A DNA stretch of 40,523 bases. It comes from an uncultured Bifidobacterium sp. (lineage in GTDB: Bacteria > Pseudomonadota > Alphaproteobacteria > Acetobacterales > Acetobacteraceae). The stretch spans positions 1 through 40,523 of the forward strand of contig CAYZKM010000001.1 of the NCBI GenBank assembly GCA_964478525.1. Direction: 5' to 3'. Both the position numbers and the translations under genes were made by a program. Positions 17,727 through 27,570 of the stretch are shown in pieces; the first letter of the stretch is position 1, and each line of letters opens with the position of its first letter. The notes under the pieces were generated by a model. It did not search any database, was not told the DNA's origin, and saw only the letters and a list, made by a program, of their open reading frames with translations.

Positions 17727-18179
17727 ATGCTTGAAACACGAGAAGGCGGTTGTCATTGCGGTCGGGTGCGGTTCCGTGCCCAGGTCGATCTGGACCTGTT
17801 GTCGCAATGCAGTTGCACGATCTGCACGAAGAAGGGAATCCTGCATCTGCCGGTTTTCCCTTCGGAGTTTGAACTGCTGCGTGGCAAGCATGCGCTGACT
17901 GTCTATACGTTTGAAACAGGCATCGCCCAGCATCCGTTCTGCGCCCATTGCGGGATGCATCCATTCTATGTGCCGCGATCGCAGCCCGACAAGGTGACGG
18001 TGAATGCGCGGTGCCTGGACGGCATTGACGGGCCCGGTCTGAGGCCTACGCGATTCTTCGATGGCAAGCACTGGGAAGATGCGCAGCGCAACCGGATCGC
18101 CGTTGGTGGGCATGTCAGCCCGCCTGGTTGGAAGGGGGCCGACACGCTGCGGGCGATCCTGGATCGCGCACGTGAATAG
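17727..18179 (+). CDS. GFA/CENP-V family zinc-binding protein
   Basis: Motifs GGCHCGRVRF, CSCTIC, FCAHCG and VNARCLD. RBS GGAGGG precedes ATG 17727. Confidence 0.88.
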   Translation: MLETREGGCHCGRVRFRAQVDLDLLSQCSCTICTKKGILHLPVFPSEFELLRGKHALTVYTFETGIAQHPFCAHCGMHPFYVPRSQPDKVTVNARCLDGIDGPGLRPTRFFDGKHWEDAQRNRIAVGGHVSPPGWKGADTLRAILDRARE

Positions 18180-18191
18180 CCAGCGGCCGGC

Positions 18192-19025
18192 CTAATAGTG
18201 CGTGACCCACGGGCTGTCCAGTGCGGCCTCGATACGGCGATGGCGTGCCTTGATCACGTTGGCGGGCACCGCGCTGACGAACGCATAGAACGTCTTTGTC
18301 TTGATCGCATCGACGACTCGTTCGCCGACCTTCCTGGGATCCAGCCCGGTTGTCGCGAGACGCTCCGCAAGAACGGCTTCGTCATTCGCCCGCGCTTGCG
18401 GTCCACCCATGTGGTCCGGCCGATTGAGTGCGCCCCGTGCAATGTTGGTCGCGATGGGTCCCGGGCAAAGTACCGACACACCGACATTGGTGCCTTCCAG
18501 TTCACACTCCAGCGCTTCCGACAGGGACAGCGCGGCATATTTGCTCATGGAATAAGGACCCTGGTTGGTCCCGCGCCGGTTCTGGAACCCGGCGACCGAG
18601 GCTGTATTGACGACGTGTCCTTCCTCGCCATGCTTCAGAATGGCAGGAACGAAATGGCGGATGCCATGGATGATCCCCCAGATGTTGACACCGATCACGA
18701 ACTCCCAGTCTCCGCGTGGAACATCGACCATCTTCGTGCCGTGCATGGGCACGCCGGCATTGTTGCATGCGATATGGAGTTTGCCGAAATTCCGTTCTGC
18801 CTCGGCTAGCGCGTCCAGTACGGATTGTTCCTGTGTGACGTCGATCCGCACCGGCATCACGCGCTTGTTCGTGCCTGACAGCCCATGCGCTGCCTGCTCC
18901 ACCGCATCCTTCTGGATGTCGGCCATGACGACGTTTGCCCCGGCTTCGGCCAATGCGGTGGCGATGCCAAGCCCGATACCCGACGCGGCTCCGGTAACAA
19001 TGGCAGTCTTGCCGGAGATGTCCAT
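18192..19025 (-). CDS. SDR family NAD(P)-dependent oxidoreductase
   Basis: Motifs TGAASGIG, NNAGV, NTAS and YSMSK. RBS AAAGGA precedes ATG 19025. Confidence 0.92.
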   Translation of the reverse strand: MDISGKTAIVTGAASGIGLGIATALAEAGANVVMADIQKDAVEQAAHGLSGTNKRVMPVRIDVTQEQSVLDALAEAERNFGKLHIACNNAGVPMHGTKMVDVPRGDWEFVIGVNIWGIIHGIRHFVPAILKHGEEGHVVNTASVAGFQNRRGTNQGPYSMSKYAALSLSEALECELEGTNVGVSVLCPGPIATNIARGALNRPDHMGGPQARANDEAVLAERLATTGLDPRKVGERVVDAIKTKTFYAFVSAVPANVIKARHRRIEAALDSPWVTHY

Positions 19026-19146
19026 GACACGGTCCTTTCGGATGTTTCCCATCCCAGCCTAGCCTGCAACACGGCAGGACGGAATGGCCGGGTCTGGTCA
19101 TGGGCCCTAACCCTATGCTGTGCTGCGGGTGGAGGGTGAGACGGCG

Positions 19147-19449
19147 ATGATCCAATTCGACAAGACACGGCTGGACCTGGCGCGAGAATTCCGTGCAAAC
19201 CCGTACGGGGAGCATAGCCCCGACCTTCAATATCTGCTGAACATCATGCGTACTCCGTCAGATCAGCCGTTTCACGTGCTGATGGTCGACAAGATGGGAG
19301 AGCGCTGGACGCTCGCGCTGATGGAACCGAACAGCCGCAAGCCGCCACGGCGCACCAACACGGTCTTCACCGACCTCAAGGAAGCCGAGTGGCATATCTT
19401 CAAACTACGCTGGGCCACTTTGGCTGGCGAAGACCTTATCCTGAGCTGA
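19147..19449 (+). CDS. N,N-dimethylformamidase small subunit-like protein
   Basis: 100 aa with motifs EFRANPYGEHSPDLQYLL and F..LKEAEWHIFKLRW. It sits directly upstream of the large-subunit homologue. Confidence 0.75.
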   Translation: MIQFDKTRLDLAREFRANPYGEHSPDLQYLLNIMRTPSDQPFHVLMVDKMGERWTLALMEPNSRKPPRRTNTVFTDLKEAEWHIFKLRWATLAGEDLILS

Positions 19450-19465
19450 CGCGGAAGGACGCAAT

Positions 19466-21706
19466 ATGAACCGCGTGATGGGCTATGCCGATCGATGGAG
19501 TGTGGCGCCAGGTGAGACTGTACGCTTCATGGTCAGTTGTCTGGGAGCAGATCGTTTCGATACGCAGATCGTGCGACTGAAACAACCGGATGCTGGACCG
19601 CTGGCTACGCCATTCGACCCCGAGCCAATACCGGCCCCCTGCAACGGAACACATGGCGGGCAGTATCAATCGATACCGGTCGGATCGTTCGGCGTGGTGC
19701 CTGCCATACCTGCGTTGCCTGATGGCTTTACGTTGATGGTCTATGTGATGCCCACTTTGCCGTTGAAGGGGCGGCAGGCGATCATGGGAACGTGGGACGA
19801 AGCGGAACAGGATGGCGTCCTGCTGGAACTGGACGAGGCAGGCGCTGCACGGGCCTGCTTCGGGTTCGCGGGACGTGTGGTCTGGCTGTCCACCGGAACG
19901 CCACTCAGCGCTCGCCGGTGGTATCTGCTGGCACTCAGCTACGATGCGACCAGCGGAGAGGCGACGCTGTGGCAGGAACCACTCGGTCGGCACGATTTTC
20001 ATCCGGAGCATCCGGTGGTTGTCAACGAGACGGTCTCGCAGCAGCTTGTGGTGCGACCGGCGCCGCTGTGCTTTGCCGCTTGGCGGTCGGGTGCTACCGA
20101 CGGGCCGTCGCCGTGGCAAGGGCTGGCGTTTGGTGGGCACTTCAATGGCCGCATCGATCGACCCCGATTGGCGGTGGGGCCGAGCGACCGGGCCCGTATT
20201 GCTTGCCTGTTTGTGGCGCGGCCTGATGCGTTGCTGGACAATGACATGGTCGCAGCGTGGGACTTTTCGATCGACATGTCGTCCAGCACCATTCACGACA
20301 CTGGGCCGAGACGCCTGCATGGCCGATTGATCAATCACCCCGCGCGAGCGATGCGCGGGCATAACTGGGACGGAACCGAGACGAACTGGACGCGAGCGCG
20401 GCACCAGTATGGCGCGGTCCATTTTCACGACGACGACCTGACGGATGCCTGTTGGCGGGAGACGTTCTCCTACACCATTCCCGACGACCTGCGATCAGGT
20501 ATCTACGCCGCGAAGTTGACAACGGGCAACTTCGACTACTGGATAGTCTTCTTTGTGCGACCACCGCGGGGTGTCGCTCGGTCACAAGTGGCATTCCTCG
20601 CATCGACAGCAACCTACACCGTGTATCTGAACAACCGAGGCCGTTTCATGTCCCTGGCCACCGAGCGGTATCAAGGTCGGATCGCCTTGGTCGACGAAAT
20701 CGACAGCCTGCTGATCGAATATCCTGAAATGGGTCTGTCGACCTACGATCGGCACGAGGATGGATCCGGTGTCTGCTATGCGTCCCGCTACCGACCATTG
20801 CAGAATCTTCGTCCGACCGGGCGGCACTGGAATTTCAACATCGACCTGTTTATCGTGGATTGGCTGGAGGAACTCGGTGGCGACTACGATGTGATCACCG
20901 AGGAGGACCTGCACCACGAAGGCCTGGCCCTGCTGCGCCCATATCAGGTGGTGCTGACTGGGTCGCATCCGGAATATGACTCGGTGCAGATGCTGGACGC
21001 GATGGAGGCCTATCTGCGCCAGGGCGGACGCTTGATGTATATGGGCGGCAATGGATTCTACTGGCGGATTGCCCATGATCCTGAGCGCCGCGGCATCATC
21101 GAGGTCCGACGTGCCGAGGGTGGCGTGCGTGCATGGGACGCCGAACCCGGCGAATATCACATGAGCTTCTCGGGCGAGTACGGTGGGCTGTGGCGTCGCA
21201 ACGCTCGTGCCCCGCAAAAACTGGCTGGCGTCGGCTTCATCAGCCAGGGCTTCGACCACTGCAGCTACTATCGCCGTACGCCCGATGCCGACAATATCCG
21301 CGTATCGTTCATGTTCGATGGTGTGACGGACATCAAGATCGGTGACTTCGGCGTCCTTCAGGGTGGCGCTGCAGGGCTGGAGATCGACGCGGTGGACACC
21401 AGACTTGGCACGCCGTCACATGCGCTGGTTGTTGCCCGCAGTGAGCACCATTCCAACACCTATGAGTTGGTCGCCGAGGAGGTCCTGATTCCTCATGGTG
21501 CAACTGACGCTATCATCAATCCAGATATCCACGCCGACATGACGTTCTTCGAGACGCCAGGTGGAGGGGCGGTTTTCTCGACCGGCTCCATTGCTTACGC
21601 AGGTTCTTTGGCCTGGAACAGGTTTGACAACAACCTGTTCCGGCTGACAACAAACGTGTTGAATCGATTCAAGAACCCGGCCCCCTTCAGGATGCCGGAC
21701 AAATGA
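19466..21706 (+). CDS. N,N-dimethylformamidase large subunit family protein
   Basis: Motifs GYADRWSVAPGE, a LamG-like region, YGAVHFHDDDL, SGIYA, TYTVYLN, GLSTYDRHEDG, GSHPEY, YMGGNGFYW, GLEID, ADMTFFE and GGAVFSTGSI. Confidence 0.88.
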   Translation: MNRVMGYADRWSVAPGETVRFMVSCLGADRFDTQIVRLKQPDAGPLATPFDPEPIPAPCNGTHGGQYQSIPVGSFGVVPAIPALPDGFTLMVYVMPTLPLKGRQAIMGTWDEAEQDGVLLELDEAGAARACFGFAGRVVWLSTGTPLSARRWYLLALSYDATSGEATLWQEPLGRHDFHPEHPVVVNETVSQQLVVRPAPLCFAAWRSGATDGPSPWQGLAFGGHFNGRIDRPRLAVGPSDRARIACLFVARPDALLDNDMVAAWDFSIDMSSSTIHDTGPRRLHGRLINHPARAMRGHNWDGTETNWTRARHQYGAVHFHDDDLTDACWRETFSYTIPDDLRSGIYAAKLTTGNFDYWIVFFVRPPRGVARSQVAFLASTATYTVYLNNRGRFMSLATERYQGRIALVDEIDSLLIEYPEMGLSTYDRHEDGSGVCYASRYRPLQNLRPTGRHWNFNIDLFIVDWLEELGGDYDVITEEDLHHEGLALLRPYQVVLTGSHPEYDSVQMLDAMEAYLRQGGRLMYMGGNGFYWRIAHDPERRGIIEVRRAEGGVRAWDAEPGEYHMSFSGEYGGLWRRNARAPQKLAGVGFISQGFDHCSYYRRTPDADNIRVSFMFDGVTDIKIGDFGVLQGGAAGLEIDAVDTRLGTPSHALVVARSEHHSNTYELVAEEVLIPHGATDAIINPDIHADMTFFETPGGGAVFSTGSIAYAGSLAWNRFDNNLFRLTTNVLNRFKNPAPFRMPDK

Positions 21707-21722
21707 AAAAGGAGAAGAAACG

Positions 21723-22526
21723 ATGAACCGTCTTGACAACAAGGTTGCCCTGATTTCCGGCGCCGCCCGAGGCATTGGCGCCGAAACTGCGCGGCTTTTT
21801 GCCCAAGCAGGTGCAAAAATAGTCGTTGCCGATATGTTGGCAGACCGAGCTCGGCAGACGGTTGCAGAGATCAACCAAGCCGGCGGACAAGCCAGCTTTG
21901 CAGCACTTGATGTCACCAACGAAGACAGCTGGAACGCCGCAATCGGTATTGCCATCGGCAATTATGGCAAGCTCGATATCCTGGTCAACAATGCAGGTGT
22001 TTTCATTGGCAAGGGCATTGAGGACATCAGCCTTGCCGAATGGGATCGACTGGTAGCCGTCAACATGACCGGTGTGTTCCTGGGCACCAAACTTGCGGCC
22101 CCAGCGCTGCGCGAATCTGCACAGAACAGCCCGCACGGTAGCGCAATCGTGAACCTGGCCTCTACGGCAGGCATTGTGGGATCCCAGCTGGATCCGCTGT
22201 ACTCGATGACCAAAGGCGGCGTTACATTGTTTACCAAGTCTGCGGCGCTGGAATTCGGGCGCAAAGGCTATCGCATCCGCGTAAACTCGATCCACCCCGG
22301 CACGACTGAAACTGACATGGGCGCCCAGACATTTGTCAGCCGAGCGCAGAGGAGCGGCAGCAATGATACTGCGGGAGCGAGGCAGGTTGTCGTGGATATG
22401 ATCCCATTGGGCAGGATGGGAACGCCCACAGACATGGCAAAGGGAATTCTGTTCCTGGCATCCGATGACTCGTCCTACATGACCGGTGCCGGGCTGATTG
22501 TCGATGGCGGCATGACGGCTACCTAA
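21723..22526 (+). CDS. SDR family oxidoreductase (cyclopentanol/hydroxysteroid dehydrogenase-like)
   Basis: Motifs SGAARGIG, NNAG, NLAS, YSMTK, IRVNSIHPG and VDGG. RBS AAGGAG. Confidence 0.92.
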   Translation: MNRLDNKVALISGAARGIGAETARLFAQAGAKIVVADMLADRARQTVAEINQAGGQASFAALDVTNEDSWNAAIGIAIGNYGKLDILVNNAGVFIGKGIEDISLAEWDRLVAVNMTGVFLGTKLAAPALRESAQNSPHGSAIVNLASTAGIVGSQLDPLYSMTKGGVTLFTKSAALEFGRKGYRIRVNSIHPGTTETDMGAQTFVSRAQRSGSNDTAGARQVVVDMIPLGRMGTPTDMAKGILFLASDDSSYMTGAGLIVDGGMTAT

Positions 22527-22558
22527 GCCCAAGGCCACAAGCGAGGAAACCGACGGAC

Positions 22559-24229
22559 ATGCATGCAACACATCTGGTCATCGGCGGCGGATCAGCCGGC
22601 TGCGTCATGGCCGCTCGGCTTTCTGAGATACCGAACAACAAGGTGATCTTGATCGAGGCCGGTACCGATTACTCCCCCGGCGTGACGCCCGACGATATCA
22701 GAGATACCTATTCCGGCAGTGCGCTGATGAATCCGCATTACTTCTGGAAGAACCTGAAGGTCCGACGCAGCGCTGAGGCTACGCCTGTCTACTACGAGCA
22801 GGGGCGGGTGGTCGGAGGCGGGTCGTCCGTGAATGGACAAGTCGCACTACGTGGTGCGCCGGAAGATTATAATCACTGGGCGGACCTTGGTGCCAAGGGT
22901 TGGGATTGGAACTCGGTACTTCCCTATTTCCGTCGGCTGGAAACGGATCTGGACTTCACCGATCAGCTTCACGGTGGTCAAGGTCCGATCACCGTTCGGC
23001 GCATGCCCACCGACCAGTGGGACGATTTCACGCTGTCGGTAACCAAGGTCTGGGACAAGCTCGGCTACCAGATGCGCCCGGACATGAACGGGGAATTCGG
23101 GGAAGGTTACTCGCCACTACCTCTGTCGAATGATGGCGACGCGCGACGGTCGACCGCAGTGGGATATCTGGACGATGCAACCCGCAAACGTCCCAACCTG
23201 CTGGTGCTGGGAGAAACGCAGGCCCGGCGGATCCTGTTCGCAAATGGTCGCGCTGCCGGGGTTGAAGTCAGCCGGAAAGGCACAGTTGAAACGATCACGG
23301 CTGATAATGTCGTTGTGTCCGCCGGCGCACTGCACTCACCCTGGCTGCTGATGCTGTCGGGGATCGGGCCGGCAGCCCATCTGAAGCAACATGGAATTGA
23401 GGTATTGCTCGACAAGCCTGGCGTCGGCGCCAACCTGATGGACCATCCCGCAATCCACATCTCCGGCTATCTTCCTCCGGTTGCTCGGCACAAGATGGTA
23501 TTGCGTCGCAACTATACGTATCTGCGATGGTCGTCCGGACTGACAGGAGTGCCGGACGCCGATATGGTCATGATGGCGGTGTGTCGTTCGGCTTGGCATG
23601 CCATCGGGGTGAGGATTGGCACTTTGTCATCTTATATCGGGCGCTCCTATTCGACCGGTGAGGTTCGATTGAACTCTGCCAATCCAACGGATGAGCCGTA
23701 TGTGAACTTCAACTGGTTGAGCGACCAGCGCGACATGGTCCGGATGGTGGAAGCCTTCCGTCGGATGGCAACGATTCTGACTCAGGATCCGGTGCCGCAA
23801 TACATGTCGAATTTGTTTGCGTCGAAATACTCTCAGCGTGTGCGCAATATCGGTCAAAAGAACCTGAAGAACGCGATCCTTACGAACGTAGCTGCGATGA
23901 TGATGGACTCCTCGTCGGCTCTGCGGAAGTTCATGTTTGACAAGCTGATCAGCGATTCCGCGCCGTTGCCTGAATTGCTGGCCGACGCGGGAAAGCTGGA
24001 ACGTCACGTGAAGGAGAATGTGCAGTCTGCCTGGCATCCGTCCTGCACGTGCCGCATGGGCGATCCAGCAGACCCTGGAACCGTCGTCGATCCCGGCGGA
24101 AGGCTGGTGGGAATGGACAACCTGTTCATCGCGGATGCGTCAGTGATGCCCGAGGTCTCGCGTACCAATACCAACATCCCGACGATCATGATTGCCGAAA
24201 AGGTTGCGGAAATGGTGCGCCAGCGCTGA
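22559..24229 (+). CDS. GMC family FAD oxidoreductase, copy 3 (divergent)
   Basis: Motifs GGGSAG, GRVVGGGSSVNG, GALHSPWLLMLSG, AWHPSCTC and RTNTNIP. Confidence 0.92.
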   Translation: MHATHLVIGGGSAGCVMAARLSEIPNNKVILIEAGTDYSPGVTPDDIRDTYSGSALMNPHYFWKNLKVRRSAEATPVYYEQGRVVGGGSSVNGQVALRGAPEDYNHWADLGAKGWDWNSVLPYFRRLETDLDFTDQLHGGQGPITVRRMPTDQWDDFTLSVTKVWDKLGYQMRPDMNGEFGEGYSPLPLSNDGDARRSTAVGYLDDATRKRPNLLVLGETQARRILFANGRAAGVEVSRKGTVETITADNVVVSAGALHSPWLLMLSGIGPAAHLKQHGIEVLLDKPGVGANLMDHPAIHISGYLPPVARHKMVLRRNYTYLRWSSGLTGVPDADMVMMAVCRSAWHAIGVRIGTLSSYIGRSYSTGEVRLNSANPTDEPYVNFNWLSDQRDMVRMVEAFRRMATILTQDPVPQYMSNLFASKYSQRVRNIGQKNLKNAILTNVAAMMMDSSSALRKFMFDKLISDSAPLPELLADAGKLERHVKENVQSAWHPSCTCRMGDPADPGTVVDPGGRLVGMDNLFIADASVMPEVSRTNTNIPTIMIAEKVAEMVRQR

Positions 24230-24343
24230 TCGAAAGTATCAGCGCTTGTGGCAGAGATTGATGGATGCTCTTGACCCCGATCGTAACGCGGCATAGCCAA
24301 ACTGCCAGCGATGATGACATCAGGGCCGGGGGACCAGGGCGGA

Positions 24344-25948
24344 ATGCAAACCTACGACTACATTGTTGTTGGTGCCGGTTCGGCCGGCGCGGTTGTTGCG
24401 AACCGGCTTTCGGCCGACGTTCGTAACAAGGTTCTGGTGTTGGAGGCTGGCCCCGCCAGCCATCCCTGGTCCCGGATTCCGATCGGGTATGCGAAGTTGC
24501 TTACCAACCCGGCTGCCAACTGGCTGTATTCGTCCGAACCGGAGCCGAATACCAACGGTCGGAGGCTGCCTGTGCCGCGCGGCAAGATTCTGGGTGGGTC
24601 GAGCTCGATCAACGGCCTCGCATTTGTCCGAGGTCAGGCCCAGGATTTCGATACCTGGGCGCAGATGGGTAACCAGGGCTGGAGCTATGACGACGTTTTG
24701 CCGCTGTTCAGGCGAATGGAAAGCTACCGCGGGGATGGTGACGATCGGTATCGTGGGCGGGAAGGGCCCCTGCGTGTGACGAATCCCGAGCCGAGCGACC
24801 CGCTGCTGGCAGCGATCATCAGGGCGGCAGAACATGTCGGTATCCGGCACAACCCTGATTATAACGGTGCCAGCCAGGACGGCATCGCGATGAGCCAGGC
24901 AACGATTGCCTCCGGCCGCCGCCAGAGCACTGCTCACTGTTTCCTGGATCCGATCCGCCGGCGCCCTAATCTGCAGATCGAGGCAGAGGCTTTGACGCTT
25001 GGGGTGATTCTCGATGGGTCTCGCTGTGTCGGAGTGCGGTATTCGGTGGGTGGGGTCACGCGCGAGGCGCGCGCGGGACGGGAAGTGATAATCAGCGCAG
25101 GGTCGATCAACTCCCCGCAGTTGCTTGAACTTTCCGGCATCGGCCAGGCCGAGCGTCTGCAGGCGCTGGGAATTCCGGTTCGGCAGGCGCTGCCCGGGGT
25201 CGGTGAGAATCTGCGCGATCACTATGCTCCTCGTACGCGATGGGCGATCGGCAAGAAGGGGACGACCTTCAATGATCGCGGGCGCGGCCTGGGACTCGTA
25301 GGCCAAGCCTTGCGCTATGCGTTATCGCAGCCAAGCATGCTGAGTATGGTGGCCGCACCGTTGCGAGCGTTTGTGCGGTCTCGGGATGGGCTGGAGGCGC
25401 CGGATCTTCTGTTGGGCTGGGTGCCGATGCTGACAGAGCCTGGGAAGAAAGGACCGAAACTATCCCGCCAATCAGGCATGACGTGTTATGCGCATCCGAT
25501 GCGGCCCGAGAGCAGAGGCCATATTCATATCGTTTCCTCCGATCCGACCAGCGCACCGGCGATCAACTTCAACTTTCTGTCGTCGCCGATCGATGCAGCA
25601 CTCACGGTGCAGGCTGTGCGGATTGCCAAGTCGATCATGCATGCAGAAGTCCTGGCCGATCTTCAGATTACCGAGTTGGCGCCTGGCACTAACCTGACGA
25701 CGGATGATGAGATTCTCGACTGGGTGAAGAGTGCCGCGGAAACCACGTACCATCCCGTCGGTACCTGCAAGATGGGCAACGATTCAATGGCCGTGGTTGA
25801 TTCGCGTTTGCGGGTACATGGTATCCACGGATTGCGGGTGGCAGACGCCTCGATCATGCCGACCCTGACGTCCGGCAACACGAATGCGCCATCCATCATG
25901 ATCGGTGAAAAGGCCAGCGACCTGGTGCTGGCCGACAACGCGCCATGA
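24344..25948 (+). CDS. GMC family FAD oxidoreductase, copy 4
   Basis: Motifs GAGSAG, RGKILGGSSSING, TYHPVGTC and SGNTNAP. The start is 24344 or 24311. Confidence 0.92.
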   Translation: MQTYDYIVVGAGSAGAVVANRLSADVRNKVLVLEAGPASHPWSRIPIGYAKLLTNPAANWLYSSEPEPNTNGRRLPVPRGKILGGSSSINGLAFVRGQAQDFDTWAQMGNQGWSYDDVLPLFRRMESYRGDGDDRYRGREGPLRVTNPEPSDPLLAAIIRAAEHVGIRHNPDYNGASQDGIAMSQATIASGRRQSTAHCFLDPIRRRPNLQIEAEALTLGVILDGSRCVGVRYSVGGVTREARAGREVIISAGSINSPQLLELSGIGQAERLQALGIPVRQALPGVGENLRDHYAPRTRWAIGKKGTTFNDRGRGLGLVGQALRYALSQPSMLSMVAAPLRAFVRSRDGLEAPDLLLGWVPMLTEPGKKGPKLSRQSGMTCYAHPMRPESRGHIHIVSSDPTSAPAINFNFLSSPIDAALTVQAVRIAKSIMHAEVLADLQITELAPGTNLTTDDEILDWVKSAAETTYHPVGTCKMGNDSMAVVDSRLRVHGIHGLRVADASIMPTLTSGNTNAPSIMIGEKASDLVLADNAP

Positions 25949-25968
25949 TCGGCTCCGGGCTGCGTGGA

Positions 25969-27570
25969 CTATGCTGCCGCGGCAAGGATCATTCGTGATG
26001 CTTTCTCGCCAATCATGATCGATGGCGCATTCGTGTTGCCCGACGTCAGGGTCGGCATGATGGATGCGTCGGCGACGCGCAGACCCTCCATCCCGTGCAC
26101 CCGTAGCTGATCATCCACTACGGCCATCGGATCGCGTCCCATCTTGCAGGTGCCGACGGGGTGGTATGTGGTCTCGGCGTTCTTCTTCACCCAGTCCAGC
26201 AGTTCGTCGTCAGACTGGATGTTGATGCCAGGTGCGATTTCGTCCGTCGCGATTCCCTGCATCGAAGGCGCCGTCATGATGCGGCGCGTGATGCGCATGG
26301 CTTCCAACGTAACCTCGCGGTCAAGTTGTGCACTCAGGAAATTGAATCGGACGGCCGGAGCCTTGTTGGGTGTATTGGCGGTGATATGGATGCTGCCGGT
26401 GCTTTCCGACCGCAGAATATTCATGATGGCAGTGATGCCGGAGTTTTTGTCGAGCTTGAAATCGGCCGTCGAGAGAAACGGAATCCAGGAGATCGCAGCA
26501 TCCGGCGCATCGAGACCCGGCCTCGTGCGCACGTAGGCGCGGATCGGAGATGCCGGAATACCCAGCAAACCAGTGCGGGTAGTAGCGTATTTCAGTGCCT
26601 GGAAGACCATGCCCAGACCACGCGTCTTTGCGTTATAGGTAAGGTTCAGCGATGTCGGGATAGTCCACTTCATGCGCGGCGAGTAGTGGTCGCGCAGGTT
26701 CTCACCAACGCCTTTCAACGCGTGCCGCGTTTCGATTCCAAGTGCCTGCAGCACCTCCGGCTGGCCGATGCCGGAAAGTTCCAGCAGTTGTGGGGAATTG
26801 ATCGATCCGGCACTGACAATCACCTCCCGCCCGGCACGCGCCTCGCGTTGCTGGCCGTTGACGCTGTAACGAACGCCGACGCAACGCTTTCCGTCCAGCA
26901 GCAGGCGTTCGGTCATGGCGTTTGCCTGGATCGTCAGGTTCGGCCGGCTGCGTGCGGGGTCCAGATAGCAAACCGCGGTGCTCATGCGACGTCCGTTGCG
27001 GATCGTCGTCTGCGTCATCCCGATCCCGTCCTGACTGGCGCCGTTATAGTCCTTCGTATAGGTGATGCCGACCTCGCCGGCAGCCTTGATCAGCGCTTTA
27101 TAGATCGGACCGGTCTCCCGGTTTTCCGTCACCCGCAGGGGCCCGCTGCGGCCGCGGTATTCCTCGTCTCCTTCGCCCTGATAGCTCTCCATGTCGCGAA
27201 AGATCGGCAGGACCTCGCGATAGCTCCAGCCGCGGTTGCCCAGCTGCGCCCAGGTGTCGTAGTCCTGCGACTGCCCGCGGACGAAGACCATGCCGTTGAT
27301 CGAGGAAGACCCGCCCAGCAGTTTTCCCCGCGGGATAGGGATGCGCCGCTCTCCGGTGCCCTCGTCGGGCTCCGAGGAGTACAACCAGTTTGCCGCGGGG
27401 TTGTCGATCAGGCGGGCGAAGCCGACCGGGATGCGGGACCAGGGATGGCTCTCACGACCGGCTTCCAGCACCAGCACGCGATATTTCGGGTCCGCACTCA
27501 GCCTGTTGGCGAGCACCGATCCCGCGGACCCGGCACCGACGATGATGTAGTCGTAATCCTGGCTTTCCAT
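25969..27570 (-). CDS. GMC family FAD oxidoreductase, copy 5 (close paralog of copy 4)
   Basis: Motifs GAGSAG, RGKLLGGSSSINGMVFVRG, TYHPVGTC and SGNTNAP. RBS GGAGAAG. Confidence 0.93.
   Translation of the reverse strand: MESQDYDYIIVGAGSAGSVLANRLSADPKYRVLVLEAGRESHPWSRIPVGFARLIDNPAANWLYSSEPDEGTGERRIPIPRGKLLGGSSSINGMVFVRGQSQDYDTWAQLGNRGWSYREVLPIFRDMESYQGEGDEEYRGRSGPLRVTENRETGPIYKALIKAAGEVGITYTKDYNGASQDGIGMTQTTIRNGRRMSTAVCYLDPARSRPNLTIQANAMTERLLLDGKRCVGVRYSVNGQQREARAGREVIVSAGSINSPQLLELSGIGQPEVLQALGIETRHALKGVGENLRDHYSPRMKWTIPTSLNLTYNAKTRGLGMVFQALKYATTRTGLLGIPASPIRAYVRTRPGLDAPDAAISWIPFLSTADFKLDKNSGITAIMNILRSESTGSIHITANTPNKAPAVRFNFLSAQLDREVTLEAMRITRRIMTAPSMQGIATDEIAPGINIQSDDELLDWVKKNAETTYHPVGTCKMGRDPMAVVDDQLRVHGMEGLRVADASIMPTLTSGNTNAPSIMIGEKASRMILAAAA

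Noticed and set aside
17650-17964. 105-aa N-terminal extension of SelB in the ORF track
   Set aside because: SelB proteins begin at MIIGTAGH, and the extension overlaps the opposite-strand GFA gene.
19447-19466. Read-through fusion of the DMFase-like small and large subunits at TGA
   Set aside because: The large subunit starts 16 nt later in a different frame and has its own RBS (GGAAGGA).
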